Positions 46,829 to 58,102 of a DNA stretch of 64,000 nt are shown piece after piece. The notes under the pieces are model-generated. The model had not been told where the DNA came from. It worked only from the letters and a program-made list of their open reading frames with translations, and ran no database searches. This DNA is from Cyanophora paradoxa CCMP329 (Eukaryota; Plantae; Glaucophyta). Position 1 is the stretch's first letter. Every line of letters begins with the position of its first letter. The DNA lies in assembly GCA_004431415.1 (NCBI GenBank), contig QPMI01000216.1:1-64000 (forward strand). The letters are read 5' to 3'. Made by a program: the position numbers and the translations under genes.

Positions 46829-48365
46829 ATGCTCTTCTTCCTGTTGAAGAGCGCTGGGGTCATCATCGTGTCCATCGCTGCGGCCCTCTACACCTTCCAA
46901 GGAAATCTTTTGTACCTGCCGACGTTCCCCAAGCTCGACAACGGCAAGAATGGGCGCTACTACCTTCGGACACCGCTCGCCTTCAGGCTTCTCTATGAGG
47001 ACATGTGGATCCAGACTACCGACGGCGTGAAGATCCACGTGCGTCGCTGCTCGTTCTTAGAGTCTTGCGCTCGTTCGCTCGCCGCTCAGCGCGCGCGGCA
47101 GGCCTGGCTCATCAGGAGCAGGCGGGATACAGAGTCGGCGCCGACCCTCGTTTACTTCCATGGCAACGCGGGCAACATCTCGCACCGCCTCGACCACGCG
47201 TACGCTCGAGTCCGAGATCGCTGCGACCCTCGCACTCGCGCCTTGATCGGCCGCCGCCGGCAGCTACGAGTTCGTCGAGAACTGCGGCGTGAACGTCGTC
47301 CTCGTCTCGTACCGCGGGCGCGCCGTCCGCCGCAGCCGCGCCGCACTCTCCCCCGCCGACGCGGCGGCGCGCAGGTACGGGGAGAGCGAGGGCGCGCCCA
47401 GCGAGCCGGGCCTGCAGCGGGACGCGCAGGCCGTCCTCGACGCCCTCCGCGCCCGCTCGGACATCGACACCAGCAAGGTCCGCCGCGAGACCAGACCAGA
47501 GATCGAATCCTTCCCCGCCGGAGCCGAACCCGCGCCGCAGATCGTGCTCTTCGGCGCGAGCCTCGGCGGCGGCGTCGCCTGCTACCTCGCCCACGAGAAC
47601 CCGGGCGCGGTCCGCGTACCCCCTTCCGCTTCCCCCCCCGGGTCCTTTTCGATCCGGCGTCTCTTGCGACCGACCAGATCTACGCCTGCATCCTCGAGAA
47701 CACCTTCACCAGCATCGAGGTACCCCCCCCCCGGGAGAACCACGCCTCCTCCGAGCGCCCCCGCAGGACATGATCGACGTGGTCCTACCCGTCCTCAAGC
47801 CCTTCAAGGTGCCCTCCCGGCGCTCTGCTTGTTGCGTACCCCTCCCGCTTACAGGGTACACCAGATTCTCTGCCGGAACCACTGGCCGAACGGGGAGCGC
47901 GTCCCGAGGCTCAAGTGCCCCCTGCTCTTCCTCTCCGGCGCGAGGGACGAGCTCATACCCCCCTCGTGCGCGCCCGTACCCGCCTGCGGCCGATCGGCAT
48001 CGTACCCCGTGCGACGGCTTCCTGCGCAGGATGATGCGGCGCCTCTTTGACACGGCCGACCGATCCGCGTACAAGGTGCGGGTACCCCGGCTTTGCCCTC
48101 CCGCCCCCTGACGCCCCCGGCCCCGGGCCCGCTCGCAGGAGATGCAGGTGTACCCGTCTGGCATGCACAACGACACGTGGCTCCGGGGGGGCCCCAAGGT
48201 GGGCGTCCCCCCGCAGCAGGGCGGGGCCCTGTACCCCCCCCCCTCACGCCTCTCCCCCCCCAGTACTACGAGGACGTGGCGCGCTTCCTGGGGCGGGTGG
48301 CGGGCCTGGAGGCGGAGGGGCCCCCGCCGAAGCGGGCCCCCGCGTGGGGCGGCCCCGCCCACTGA
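46829..48365 (+). CDS. ABHD13: Alpha/beta hydrolase ABHD13/Bem46-like (multi-exon)
   Basis: N-terminal TM then LYTFQGNLLYLP, YFHGNAGNISHRL, VSYRGYGESEGAPSEPGL, FGASLGGGVA (nucleophile Ser), ILENTFTSI, PLLFLSGARDELIPP (Asp), HNDTW (His). Confidence 0.93.
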
Positions 48366-48562
48366 GGGGCCCTGGGGGGCGCCCCCCGCCGTTCGAGTCG
48401 CAGCGCTCGCTCGCTGTCCCGGGCCTGAGAAGCGGCACCGCCCCGCTCGAGCTCGTCCCGCTTGCCCGCCAGCCCCAGCCTGGCACGCGTACGCCATCGC
48501 GTCGCCCCCCCTGGGACCAGCTCGAGATGCGCGTCGCTACTAGCTGTAGGCTGGATAGGCCC

Positions 48563-48912
48563 ATCAGGCAGTCGGAGCCCCGGACTCGGACTGATCATGA
48601 GGCGAGAATGTGTTCGAATTCGACGCGGTTCGATTCCATCATGGCGTGTAATATTTAATCTGGGTAATCGATATCGATATCACGTTAACTTTGATTGTCA
48701 TCCGATCGCGAATCCTTTAAAAAATTTTACGTAATACTCTCAATTGCGAAGGCAGTCGACGTCGGCAGTCGGATATCATAATCAGGCAGTCGGAGCCCCG
48801 GACGTCGACTGATCATGAGCTCGAGGCGAGAATGTGTTCGACGGTTAACGTTCGATTCCATCATGGCGCGTACGCGTTAAATCTGCATAATCGAATTCAT
48901 ATTGACTGTCAT
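48563..48912 (+). repeat. Diverged direct duplication (~135 bp x2) differing by X.X'.X insertions
   Basis: Both copies read atcaggcagtcggagccccggac..ctgatcatgag..gcgagaatgtgttcga..gttcgattccatcatggcg, at 48563-48700 and 48781-48912. Confidence 0.9.
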
Positions 48913-49129
48913 TCTTCTCGCCTCCGGCGGGAATCCAATAATATTACTCGTTCGAACGCGAAGCTACCATAAACTCGTTACCATATATGTGCACTGTGGT
49001 ACGTAACTATAAATATTATGGCATAGGAGATTTAGACTTGGTGACTGTGACCTAGGCCTAGAATTTCGAAGGCGTGTACGGAAAGCAAGGCCCTAAGGCG
49101 GAAAGGAGGAGGAAGGGTGTCGCGAGGAA

Positions 49130-52100
49130 GTGGCGGGGAGGGCGGGCCCCCCGCGGGCCGGGGCCGGGTCTCGGGGGGAGGATCAGAGGGGGACGACGCG
49201 GGGCGGGGGGCGGGGGCGGCCCCGGGCCGGCGTCGACGTCCGCGGCGGCCTCGGCGGCGGCAGCGGCGCGGAGCCGCAGCGCGTCGCGCTGGAGGAAGAG
49301 GTCCCCCGCCGCCTCTGCGCGCGAGCGGCGTCAGAGCCAGACCGCGGGGCTCCGGCGAGGGCCCCGGCGCACGGGCGGCGGCGGCGGCGGCTGCGGCGAG
49401 GTCGGCGCGGCGCGTCGGGTCGGGCTCGTGGAGGGTGCGGAGCTGGAGGGCGAGGGCCTCGTCCCGGGCCTGGCCCGCCGCGCGCGCCTCGCCGGCCGCC
49501 CGCTCGAAGAGGCGACACGCCCCGCGCGCGTCCCCGCGCATCGTGCGCGCGACGCCGGCGGCGTAGCTGCGGAGGGGGCGCACGATCTCCGTGCCCCGCG
49601 ACCAGAACTCGAGGAGGCGGCAGGCGGTGAAGAGCCCCTGCCGCGCCTCCTTCTCGCTCGGCTCCAGGGGCGGCGCCTCGGGCGCGGGGCTCGCCCCCGG
49701 CCCCGCGCGGTGCGGGACGAGGATGGAGGCGGGGAGGGCGAGCGGGTGACGGCTCCCCGCCGCGACGGCGCGCGCGGCGTGGAACAGGATGATCTGCGCG
49801 AGGGCCTGCGCGGGGCCGGCCCGGAACGCCGGCGGGTCAGAGGGGCGGCTCGGCCTGGCCACGGGGGCCGGCCGAGGACTCGGGGGCGCACCGAAATGAC
49901 GAAGAAGGCGATGTCCGCCACGAAGACCATCTGCGGGGCGCGTCGGACGCCCGGACTCGACTCGTGGGGCCGGCTGCGGGGGCGGGGCCGGCGGACCGAG
50001 TGGCGGGGGGCCCCGACCATGCCGCTAATGGCGTCGAGGGCGGCGCGGCCCACGGAGCGCCCGTCACGGCCCACCCCCGCCGGGCCCCGCACCCGCAGCA
50101 GCGCCTGTGCCAGCCCCGGCGAGCGGCGATCGTGAGCGGCGATCGCAATAATGGGGAGGGGGTTTGTGGCCCGCAGCCACGCACCAGCACGTAAGCCCCC
50201 TGCACGACGAGGCGAAAGTGCGGCGCGAGGCGCGGGCTGCGGCGCGGTACCGGTGCTCGGTGGGCGGAGAGGAGAAGGCCGGGGAGGGGTGGGCGGGGGG
50301 ACCTTGCGCCGCTCTCGAGGAGGGCCTCCATCGCGGCGAGCCCGTCCTCGAGGCCGGCGTCGTCCTGCGCCGAGGGTGAGGCGCGCGGCAGCGGAGAGGG
50401 GCAAGGAAAGGCGGCGCGCGTTGAGGAGGCGCATCACCGCCACAGCGGCGTGGCCGAGGATCAGGTGGAACTCGTCCTGCGCGACGCACCGCCCGGCTCG
50501 GGTCCGGGCGGACCCCGGGCGGGGCGGGTGGGAGCGGGGCCGAGCGGGAGCGGGCGCACGAGCAGCTCGGGCTCCTTGGCGTGCGCGTCGAGCACCGCCT
50601 GCGGCGCGGGGCGCCGTCACGCGCGCGGGGCCCGGGGTGGCGGATTCGATATGGCCACACCTGGACCTCGGCGATGTAGGGCGCGAGGCCCTGCGGCGCC
50701 GCGTACGAGACCGAGGAGCGCAGCACGAGGAACATGCGGAAGAGGTGGCAGGACTGCGGCCGCATCGAATCGGATCGGGGTCAGACAGACGAGCGGGGGT
50801 ACTGTTAGCGAGCAGGCGGGCAGGAGGGGCGGGGCGGGGCGGGACCATGAGGCGGGTCTTGGAGCGGAGGCGGGCGGCCTGCTTGGCCCAGAGCCCGAGC
50901 ATACGCCCCGACTCGCCAAAATCCATCGACTGCGCCGCCGCCGAGGCCGTGAGGGGGCGCTGGGGCGGGGGTGCGGGGCGGGGGCGGGGCGGGGCGGGCC
51001 TTGGGGAGGGTGGAGCCGACAATGCGGACGAGGGCGTCCCACGCGCGCTGCGTCCCCACCTCGTCGCACATCGTCTGCGTCACCTTCGCCCTGCGCGCGC
51101 CCGCCCAGAGCGAGTGGGAAGGCAGGCGGGCCCCGCGCATGAAACCGCTCGATTCTAAGCCTCTTCGAGCTGCCCGTTGGCGTGGCCTCGCGGGTGCGGG
51201 GGCGCACCACTCGACGATGCCCTCCAGCCAGCCCATCGAGCCGCACATCTGCCGGCGGGGCGCGCAGGGCGCCGCTCGAGGCGAGGCGAGAGGAGGCGCA
51301 GGCGAGAAGGGACGCGAGGGGGCTCCAAGGCGCACCTGGACGGCGCGCGAGGCACAGATCACGGCCGCCTCGCAGGGGCGCCCCGCCGCCCGCTCCGCAA
51401 ACGCCACCTGCGCGCGCGAACGACAATGCTCAGGAACACGGCGCCCTGCGTGGTGCAGGCTCCCTAGACTCTTGTTGGGCCTTCCGAGCTGGAGATACTC
51501 CTTAGAGAAGCGAGGAGGGCGGGGCGGGCCTGCTGCATGATGCAGTAGGAGTTGAGCTCGACGCGGCCCTCCGCGAAGGCGCTGAAGGTCATCGCGTGCA
51601 GCAGCAGTATGCGCTCCCGGTTCTTCTCTGCGCACACCGCCCCCTCCCCCTCCTCCTCTCCCCGTCAGCACGCAGCCGCGCCACTTAACGAGCATCCTAG
51701 CGGCACTCGCTTGCAACGTGAGGCGCTGCGCACCTCTTCCGAGCCGGGAGCGGGGCCGTTGTGGCGGGGCATGCCGCGGAGGCGCATCACGAGGAGGCGC
51801 CAGCCGGCGGAGAGCTTCTGCCCGAGCTTCGAGCTGCGCCGCCGCGCCCAGCGCCTGTCACGCGCCGGGCCGGGAGCGAGGGCGGGGGGCGGGGGGCGGA
51901 CCGGGGCGCCGGCTTGCCGAGGAGGCGGAGCCCCTCGAAGCAGAGCGCGATGGCCTCCTGGTGCATACTGCGGGGCGCGTCGGGGGCAGCGCGGGGGCGG
52001 TGGTGGGGCGGGCGGACTCCATGCGGGCGCAGGCCTCGGCGCGGAGGCGGAGCCAGCGGGCGCGCTGGAGGGGCGGGGCGCGGGGGCTGAGGGCGAGGAG

Positions 52101-55100
52101 GTCCTCGTAGAGGCGGGCGGCCTCGAGGTTGGAGTAGGAGTCGAAGGCGCCGGCGGCGCAGCGCTCGAGGTGCGGCCGCGCCAGCTCCGCCTCCCCCGAG
52201 AGCAGCAGGTGGTGCGCCAGCACCGCCGACCCCTCCCCGTCCTCCTCCCCCTGCCCCCCACGCCCCGCCTCAGCCCCGCGCCCGCCCGGCCGCCGTGCCG
52301 GCGTGCGGGGGGCGGGCGGGGCGCTCGCCTGGCCGTGGGCCTCGAGGAGTGCGTGGTGGTGGCGGGCGAGGACGAGGTGCAGCAGCCGCCGCTCCGACGC
52401 CGGCAGCAGCGAGTACGCGCACTCCTGCCCCGCCCGCATCGGGCCGGGCCGGGCGGGCGGGCGGGCGGGGGGCGCGCCTGCATGAGGGGCTGGTGGAAGG
52501 CGTAGCCGCCGCGGCCGTCGTGGGAGAGGACGCCGGCGGCGCAGAGGGCGTCGAGGCGGGCGGCGGCGGCGGCCCGCCGCGGGTGCATCGCCTCCACCTC
52601 CGCGAGCGCAAAGTGCACGCCGGCGACCTGCCGCGCCGCGTCGGCGCCCGGCGGGGGGCGGGGCGGGGCGGGGCGGACGGAGCAGATCTTGGCGGTGACG
52701 AGGTCGTCGGCGGGGAGGCGGTCGAGGCGGGCGACGAGGGAGGCGCGGGCGACGTCCGAGGGCAGCATCCGCCGCAGCGCCCGCGCCACCAGCACCGACC
52801 CGTCCCCCGCCACCTGCGCCCCGCTCGAGCCCGCCCGCGTGGGGCGGGGCGGGGTGGGGCGGGGCAGGCCTCGACGGAGCCGTCGTCGACGAGGCGGCGG
52901 GCGAGCTCGACGACGAGGTACGGCAGGCCCGACGCCTGCTCCCGCACAAAGTCCCGCAGCACCTGCCCCCGCCGCCCCGCCCCGCCTCGCACGCTCGCAC
53001 GCCCCCGCCGGGCGAGGGCCGGGCCGGCGCACCCGCGGCACGCGCTTGGCGCCGATGGCGGCGCAGATGAGCGCGTCGGCCGCCGCGTCGGGCAGCTCCG
53101 CCAGCGAGAGCCGCTCCGCCGCCGGCCGCGCGAGGAGCGCCGCCGCCGCCGGCCCGGGCCCGCCCGGCCCCGCCTCCCCGCCCCGCCACGTCGCCAGCAG
53201 CGCGAGCCGCGCGAAAGGCGCCCGCGTGCGGCGCAGGCGCTGCGCGGGGCCCGGCCCGGCTCGGCCCCGTGCGCGCGGCGGGCGGCGGGCCCGGGGCGGG
53301 CACCTGGGCGAGGGCGTCGAGGACGGCCCACGTGGCGGAGTCGGCGTGGTGGAGGTCTGCGGCGGGGGCCCCGCGTCACGGCGGCGGCGGCGCGGGGCGG
53401 GGCGGGGCGGGGCGCCTTCGAGGATGAGAAGGAGGGGGGCGCGGGCGGCGCGGCGGAGGAGGAGGCGGGCGAGGAGGCCGCGGACGGCGACGGCGACGAA
53501 GTCCGGGCCCATCGGCTCGAGCGCCGCGCGCCGCCACGACGGGTTCGCGGACGTCGGATCGCGCGACTGCGGCTCCCGAAAGCCGGCCTGCCGCGCCGCC
53601 TGTTCTCCCGCTCCCGCCGCGGCCCCGGCCATCGAGCCAGCCGAGGCCGGAGACCTCGGGGCAGACTCGATGGCTGCGCGCGCACCAGGCCCGGTTGGCA
53701 CGCCGCGGGGCGTGGGGGGCGGCGCGAGCGGAGCGCCGGGGGGCGGACGCACGGTCAAAAGAGCCGCCCCGTGACCGCACTCTGGCCGGCTGCCGGAAAG
53801 AGGCGACGAATCCCCCGAGTGTATCGCCCAGGCCGCCGCCCCGCAACGAGCCGGGCTGGGACCCGCCGGGCGATGCCGGGTTCGAATCCAGGCCCAGGGC
53901 GGCGCCTCCGGCGCGGGAGGGCCGGCGCGCCAGCTGCAGCGCCTGCGGGGCGTCACGGCCGCAACGAAAGGAGGGGGAGGAGAGGCAGGGGGGTACGTGG
54001 GCGAGGTGGGGGAGCAGGTCCTCCTCCCCGGGCTCGAGGAGGGGGGCCATGTCGTCCGTACCCCCCGGCCACAGGGCCCGCGCCTGCGGGGGGCGCGGGT
54101 CGGGCGGGGGCCGCGGCGGGAGGGAGGGCGCGGCGGGGGCGGACGATGGAGCGCCAGGGGTAGAGGGCCTGGCGGAGGTGCGACTCGAGCGCGCTCGCGG
54201 CGGCGACCGTCGTCCCGCGCTGCTTCCTCGCCGCCGCCGCCGCCAGCTCGCACAGCGAAGACTTGCCTGCCCCCGACGGCGCTGAGCGGCGGCGCTGCGC
54301 CGGGGGCGGCGCGGGGGCGGACCGGAGCCGGGGGGCCCGTCGATGAGGAGGATCGGGGGCGGGGCGGAGGAGGAGGAGGCGGAGGCGCCGGGGTCGGGCC
54401 CCTCGGCGGCGAGTTGCACGAGGCGGACGACGCGCGCCGCCTCCTCCGCCCGCCCCAGCGTCAGCGAGGGGATCCCCTCCGACCCGCGCCGCCCCTGCGC
54501 CCCGCCCCGCCCCTCAGAGAGGGGCCCCGCCGCGCGCCCCGGGCCGCCGGCGCACGTGGCCGGTGCTCCAGTCCGCCTCGGGGCGGGCGCGGGGCTGGCC
54601 CCCTCCCGCAGCACGGGGCAGAACGCCGGCACCTGCCGCCGCGCCGGCCGCTCAGCGGCGCGGCGGGGCGCGGGGGCGATCGGCGGGCTCGGGCGGACGG
54701 GCTCGGGGATGCCCTTGAGGGCGAGCTCGCCGAAGGGCCGCAGGGGCACCCGCCCCGCGCACCCGTCCCGCGTCCGCGAGTCCACCAGCACCCCCACTCG
54801 CTCTTCGCCATCAGCCGCGCTGCGCCGCCCCGCTCGGCGCGCGGCGCGGCGCGGGACGAGACGACTGGGCCGAGCGGCGCGCACCGGCGCGGTTCGGCAC
54901 TGCGCGGGGGCGAGGGGGGTCAGGCGGGCGCTAGAAACACCGGCGCGCGGCGGCCGGCGCCGCGCACCCGTCCCGAAGACCGAGTACCCGCAGCGCAGCG
55001 GGGAGCCGACTGCGCCGGGAGCGCGTGAGCAGGCGAGATCCCAGGCGCGGGGGCTCGGCGGGGGCGGCGGACCGAACGTGCACAGCACCACGCCCGTCGT

Positions 55101-57290
55101 CACGCTGCGGGGGCGGGGACAGGGGCGGGGGCGGCTTCAGAAGTGGGGGCGAGCGGAGCGGGCGGGCGGGGGGCACCCGATGGCGGTGCGCACGCCGTGC
55201 TCCTTGAGGGCCGTCTGGATCTCCAGCGCTGCGCGCGGGCGCGCGCCGGCTCGGCGGCGCTGCGCGGCGCGCGCCGGCGCCGGGGCCGCGCGCACCGCAC
55301 TCGACGGCGCGCGCCGCGTCGTCCGTGTGCGTGAGCTGCGCGCGCGTCGGGCGGGCCGGGCCGGGCCGGGCGGGGGCTGGGGCGGGGCGGACCGGCCAGA
55401 GCCGAAGCGGCGACCGCGAGGAGGCCCTTGTCGTCCTGGAACTGCGCCCCGCCGCGGGATCGGCCCCACCCCGGCCGGCCCGGCCCGGCCCGCTCGGCTC
55501 CCGGCGCACCACCTGGTGCAGGGAGCCCTCGTGGCGGTACAGCGCGACCTGCGGCGGGGGCGCCACATGAGGGCGGGCGGGCTGCGGCGGGCGAGCGGCG
55601 GGCGGGGCACCTGCAGCGCGCGGACGGCCCGCTGCACCCCCTCGGCGGTCTCCGGCATACCCCCAGCTTCACGAACTGCGGCGGGGGAGGATCGGCCCGG
55701 GAGGGGTAGCGCGCCCTCGAGGGGCGCTGCGGGGTACCAGGACGGAGGCGACGCGGAACTCGGACAGAAAGGCGGGAAACGAGACCCAGTCCTTCACCGT
55801 ACCCATCCTCCCCCGCACCGTGTAGGGGCTGATGGGGGGGATCAGGGGTGCGGGCGGGGCCGGGGCGGGGGCGTACACGTAGAGGGAGATCTCGGCGGCC
55901 TCCTCGGGGGCGTGGGGGGAGGCGCCGGGGCGAAGGAGTGGGGCAGGGCGTCGGCGAGGGCGGCGAGGGCGTCGGCGGAGGCGGCGGTGGCGACGGCGGC
56001 GGCGGAGGCGCGCAGCCGCGTCGAGCGCGTCGAGCGGCTCGTCGAGGCGCCCTCCGACTTGCGGCTCCGCGTGGAGAAGCTCGCGGGGGCGCCGGCACGA
56101 GCGCCCGGGCGGCAGCAGCCGCAGCGCCGACGCGCACACCGCCACCTCCCCGCCTTGATCTCTGCGGCGCCGGCCTTCAGCGCCGCGGGCGGGGGCGCGG
56201 GTCGGGGGCGGGGCGTGAGGCGGGGGCGGGGGCGGGGGCGGGGCGGGGCGGACCGGCGAGGGCGACGCCAGCCTCTTCGATGGCGGGGGACGTGAGCACG
56301 TGGACCATCCGCCTGCGCGCCCTCAGCCGCCCCGCCCGCCCCGCGGGGGGCGCTGCCGTCGCACCCGGGCACGGGCCGCCCGTTGGCCTCCTGCACGCCC
56401 GGCAGCCCGTCGCCGTCCGTGCCGGCGAAGTACTCGCGGAAGCGGCCGGCTGCGGGCGGGGCGCGGGTCGCGCGGGCGCGGGGCGGGCGGGGCGGGGCGG
56501 GGCGGGACCGGCGACGGCGACGCGGAGGCGAAGGGAGGCGGCCATGCCGCCGACGGAGTGGCGGCGGAAGGCCGCCTGCACGCGCAGGCCGCACAGCGCC
56601 GCCCGCGCCGCCAGCGCCGCCAGCGCCCCGCCCCGTCCTCCCCGCCCGGCGCCAGCCACAGCACCTGCCCCGCCCCGCCCCGCCTCAGCCCCCGCCGCTG
56701 CAGCGCCGGCCCCGGCCCGGGGCGCCGGACGGGCCTCGATGGCGTCCCCGAGGAAGCAGACGACCTCGCCCCCGTGCTGCTCCACGATCCCCATCTGCGC
56801 CGCCGCTCGCCCCCGCGCCCGTGCGGGGCGGGGGGGGGCGCGCCTCGGTCGAGAAGCAGCGGTTGATGGTGTTGCAGAGCTCCTCCACCATCGACTCGTC
56901 CTCCGCGCACCGCTCGCACAGCGCCGAGAAGCCTGGCCCCGCCCCCGCCCCGCACCTCGGCCGGCCTGCCCGCCCCCGCCCCGCGCGCTGCCGACGCGCA
57001 CCGCTGATGTCCAAGAGGCTCACGACGCCCGGCCTGCCGTCGCCGCCGCTGGGCTCCCCCTCAGCCGCCCTCGCCCCGCCCTCGCGGCCAGCGTCCGGTG
57101 CCCCCGCCTGGGCATGGGAATCGGCCGCGGCCGCCGATCCCGCGGCCAGACGCCGCCGAGCGATATGCTCCACCACGGCCCTGATTGCACGTGCACGAGA
57201 GGTGAGCCCGGACGGCAGCAGCGCATGCGTGAGCTCGAGGCGGGCGCACCGGCTGACAAAGGGGCGCGCAAGCTCGGCCACCGAAGTCAT
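49130..57290 (-). CDS. Soluble adenylyl cyclase (ADCY10)-like: tandem class III cyclase domains + STAND P-loop NTPase + TPR-like repeats (many exons; 3' end approximate)
   Basis: C1: GVVSLLDISG-FSALCE..EELCNTINRCFS..IVEQHGGEVVCFLGDAI. C2: SEFRVASVL-FVKL, FQDDKG, IG-VTTGVVLC, VGSPLRCGYSVFGTVPNRAARLM, LALKG. P-loop LIDGPPGSGKS, Walker B LLLILEDLHHAD, SGLPYLVVELA, YAFHQPLMQECAYSLL. Confidence 0.88.
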
Positions 57291-57883
57291 CCTGCTCGCG
57301 CCTGGGCGCCCCCGCGCGGGGATCGAAGCGCGTAGACGGGTCCAACGTGCCCCGGTCTACCGTACCGAGCTGCAGCTGGCGCCCGCGCGGTCGCAGGGCT
57401 TTGTTCCCATCGCTAGGCCAGCATGCGCAGCAGTGCTAGGAACTAGTACTTCAGGAGCTTGCGGCTGTAGCTGCACTCAGAGGGCGCAGGCGCACTTGGG
57501 GCGAGATAACGGCTGTCGGACTGCTAGAACTGCTCCATAGCGGCACGCTTTGCTAGGTGAGTCTGCAGATCTAGACAACGATGATGCGCATCATGTGTGC
57601 GCGCAAGTCGCCGCAAGAGAAGCTCCCCGCCGCGCCCGGGGCCTCGGAGTCCGGCGGATATATCGATCGCTGCTGCGACGCTGCAGCTCCGGGGGATCCG
57701 AAGCGCGCGGCCGCAAAATTGTAACGGGATCGACGCGGAATCGACGCGAAGACTAGCTAGCTATAGGCCCTAGGGGTAGTGGGATCCGAAGATCGACGGG
57801 TCCGCGGCCCCCCAAGGTACCCCAGGTCGGCCACGACTACGGTACCCCAGGCCACGCTGATCATGATCATGATGATGATTGTA

Positions 57884-57927
57884 GTGCGCCAAATAAAATG
57901 GCGCGCCATCTTATTTTTATGGCGCAC
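57884..57927. other. Imperfect ~44-bp palindrome upstream of the 58.1 kb gene
   Basis: gtgcgcca-aataaaatggcg|cgccatcttattt-ttatggcgcac. Confidence 0.6.
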
Positions 57928-58102
57928 GCTTTTGAGCCATCGCAGAAAAAAATGCGCCGGCCAGCGCAGCCGGAGCTTGCGTTGGGGGGGTTACTACGAC
58001 TCGCAGCGTATGATGCAATAGTACTATACTACTAGGCTAGTAGGTAGTGCGCACAGCAGCAGCCGGCAGACAGCACTGCGGCAGCGGGCGGGGCGGTCCG
58101 CA

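Noticed and set aside
54785-54800. Frameshift in the cyclase C2 exon as programmed frameshifting or pseudogenisation
   Set aside because: It falls in a 5-C homopolymer where one extra base restores the frame, so a sequencing indel is more likely.
23120-57290. TRANK1-like, BIRC6-like UBC and cyclase-STAND genes as an immunity gene cluster
   Set aside because: They are interleaved with housekeeping genes and show no shared regulatory or mobile boundaries, so co-location is probably chance.
57771-57781. ..ggggTAGTG as a CACTA transposon terminus
   Set aside because: It is only a 5-bp match, faces the wrong way for the element to its right, and no partner TIR or TSD was found.
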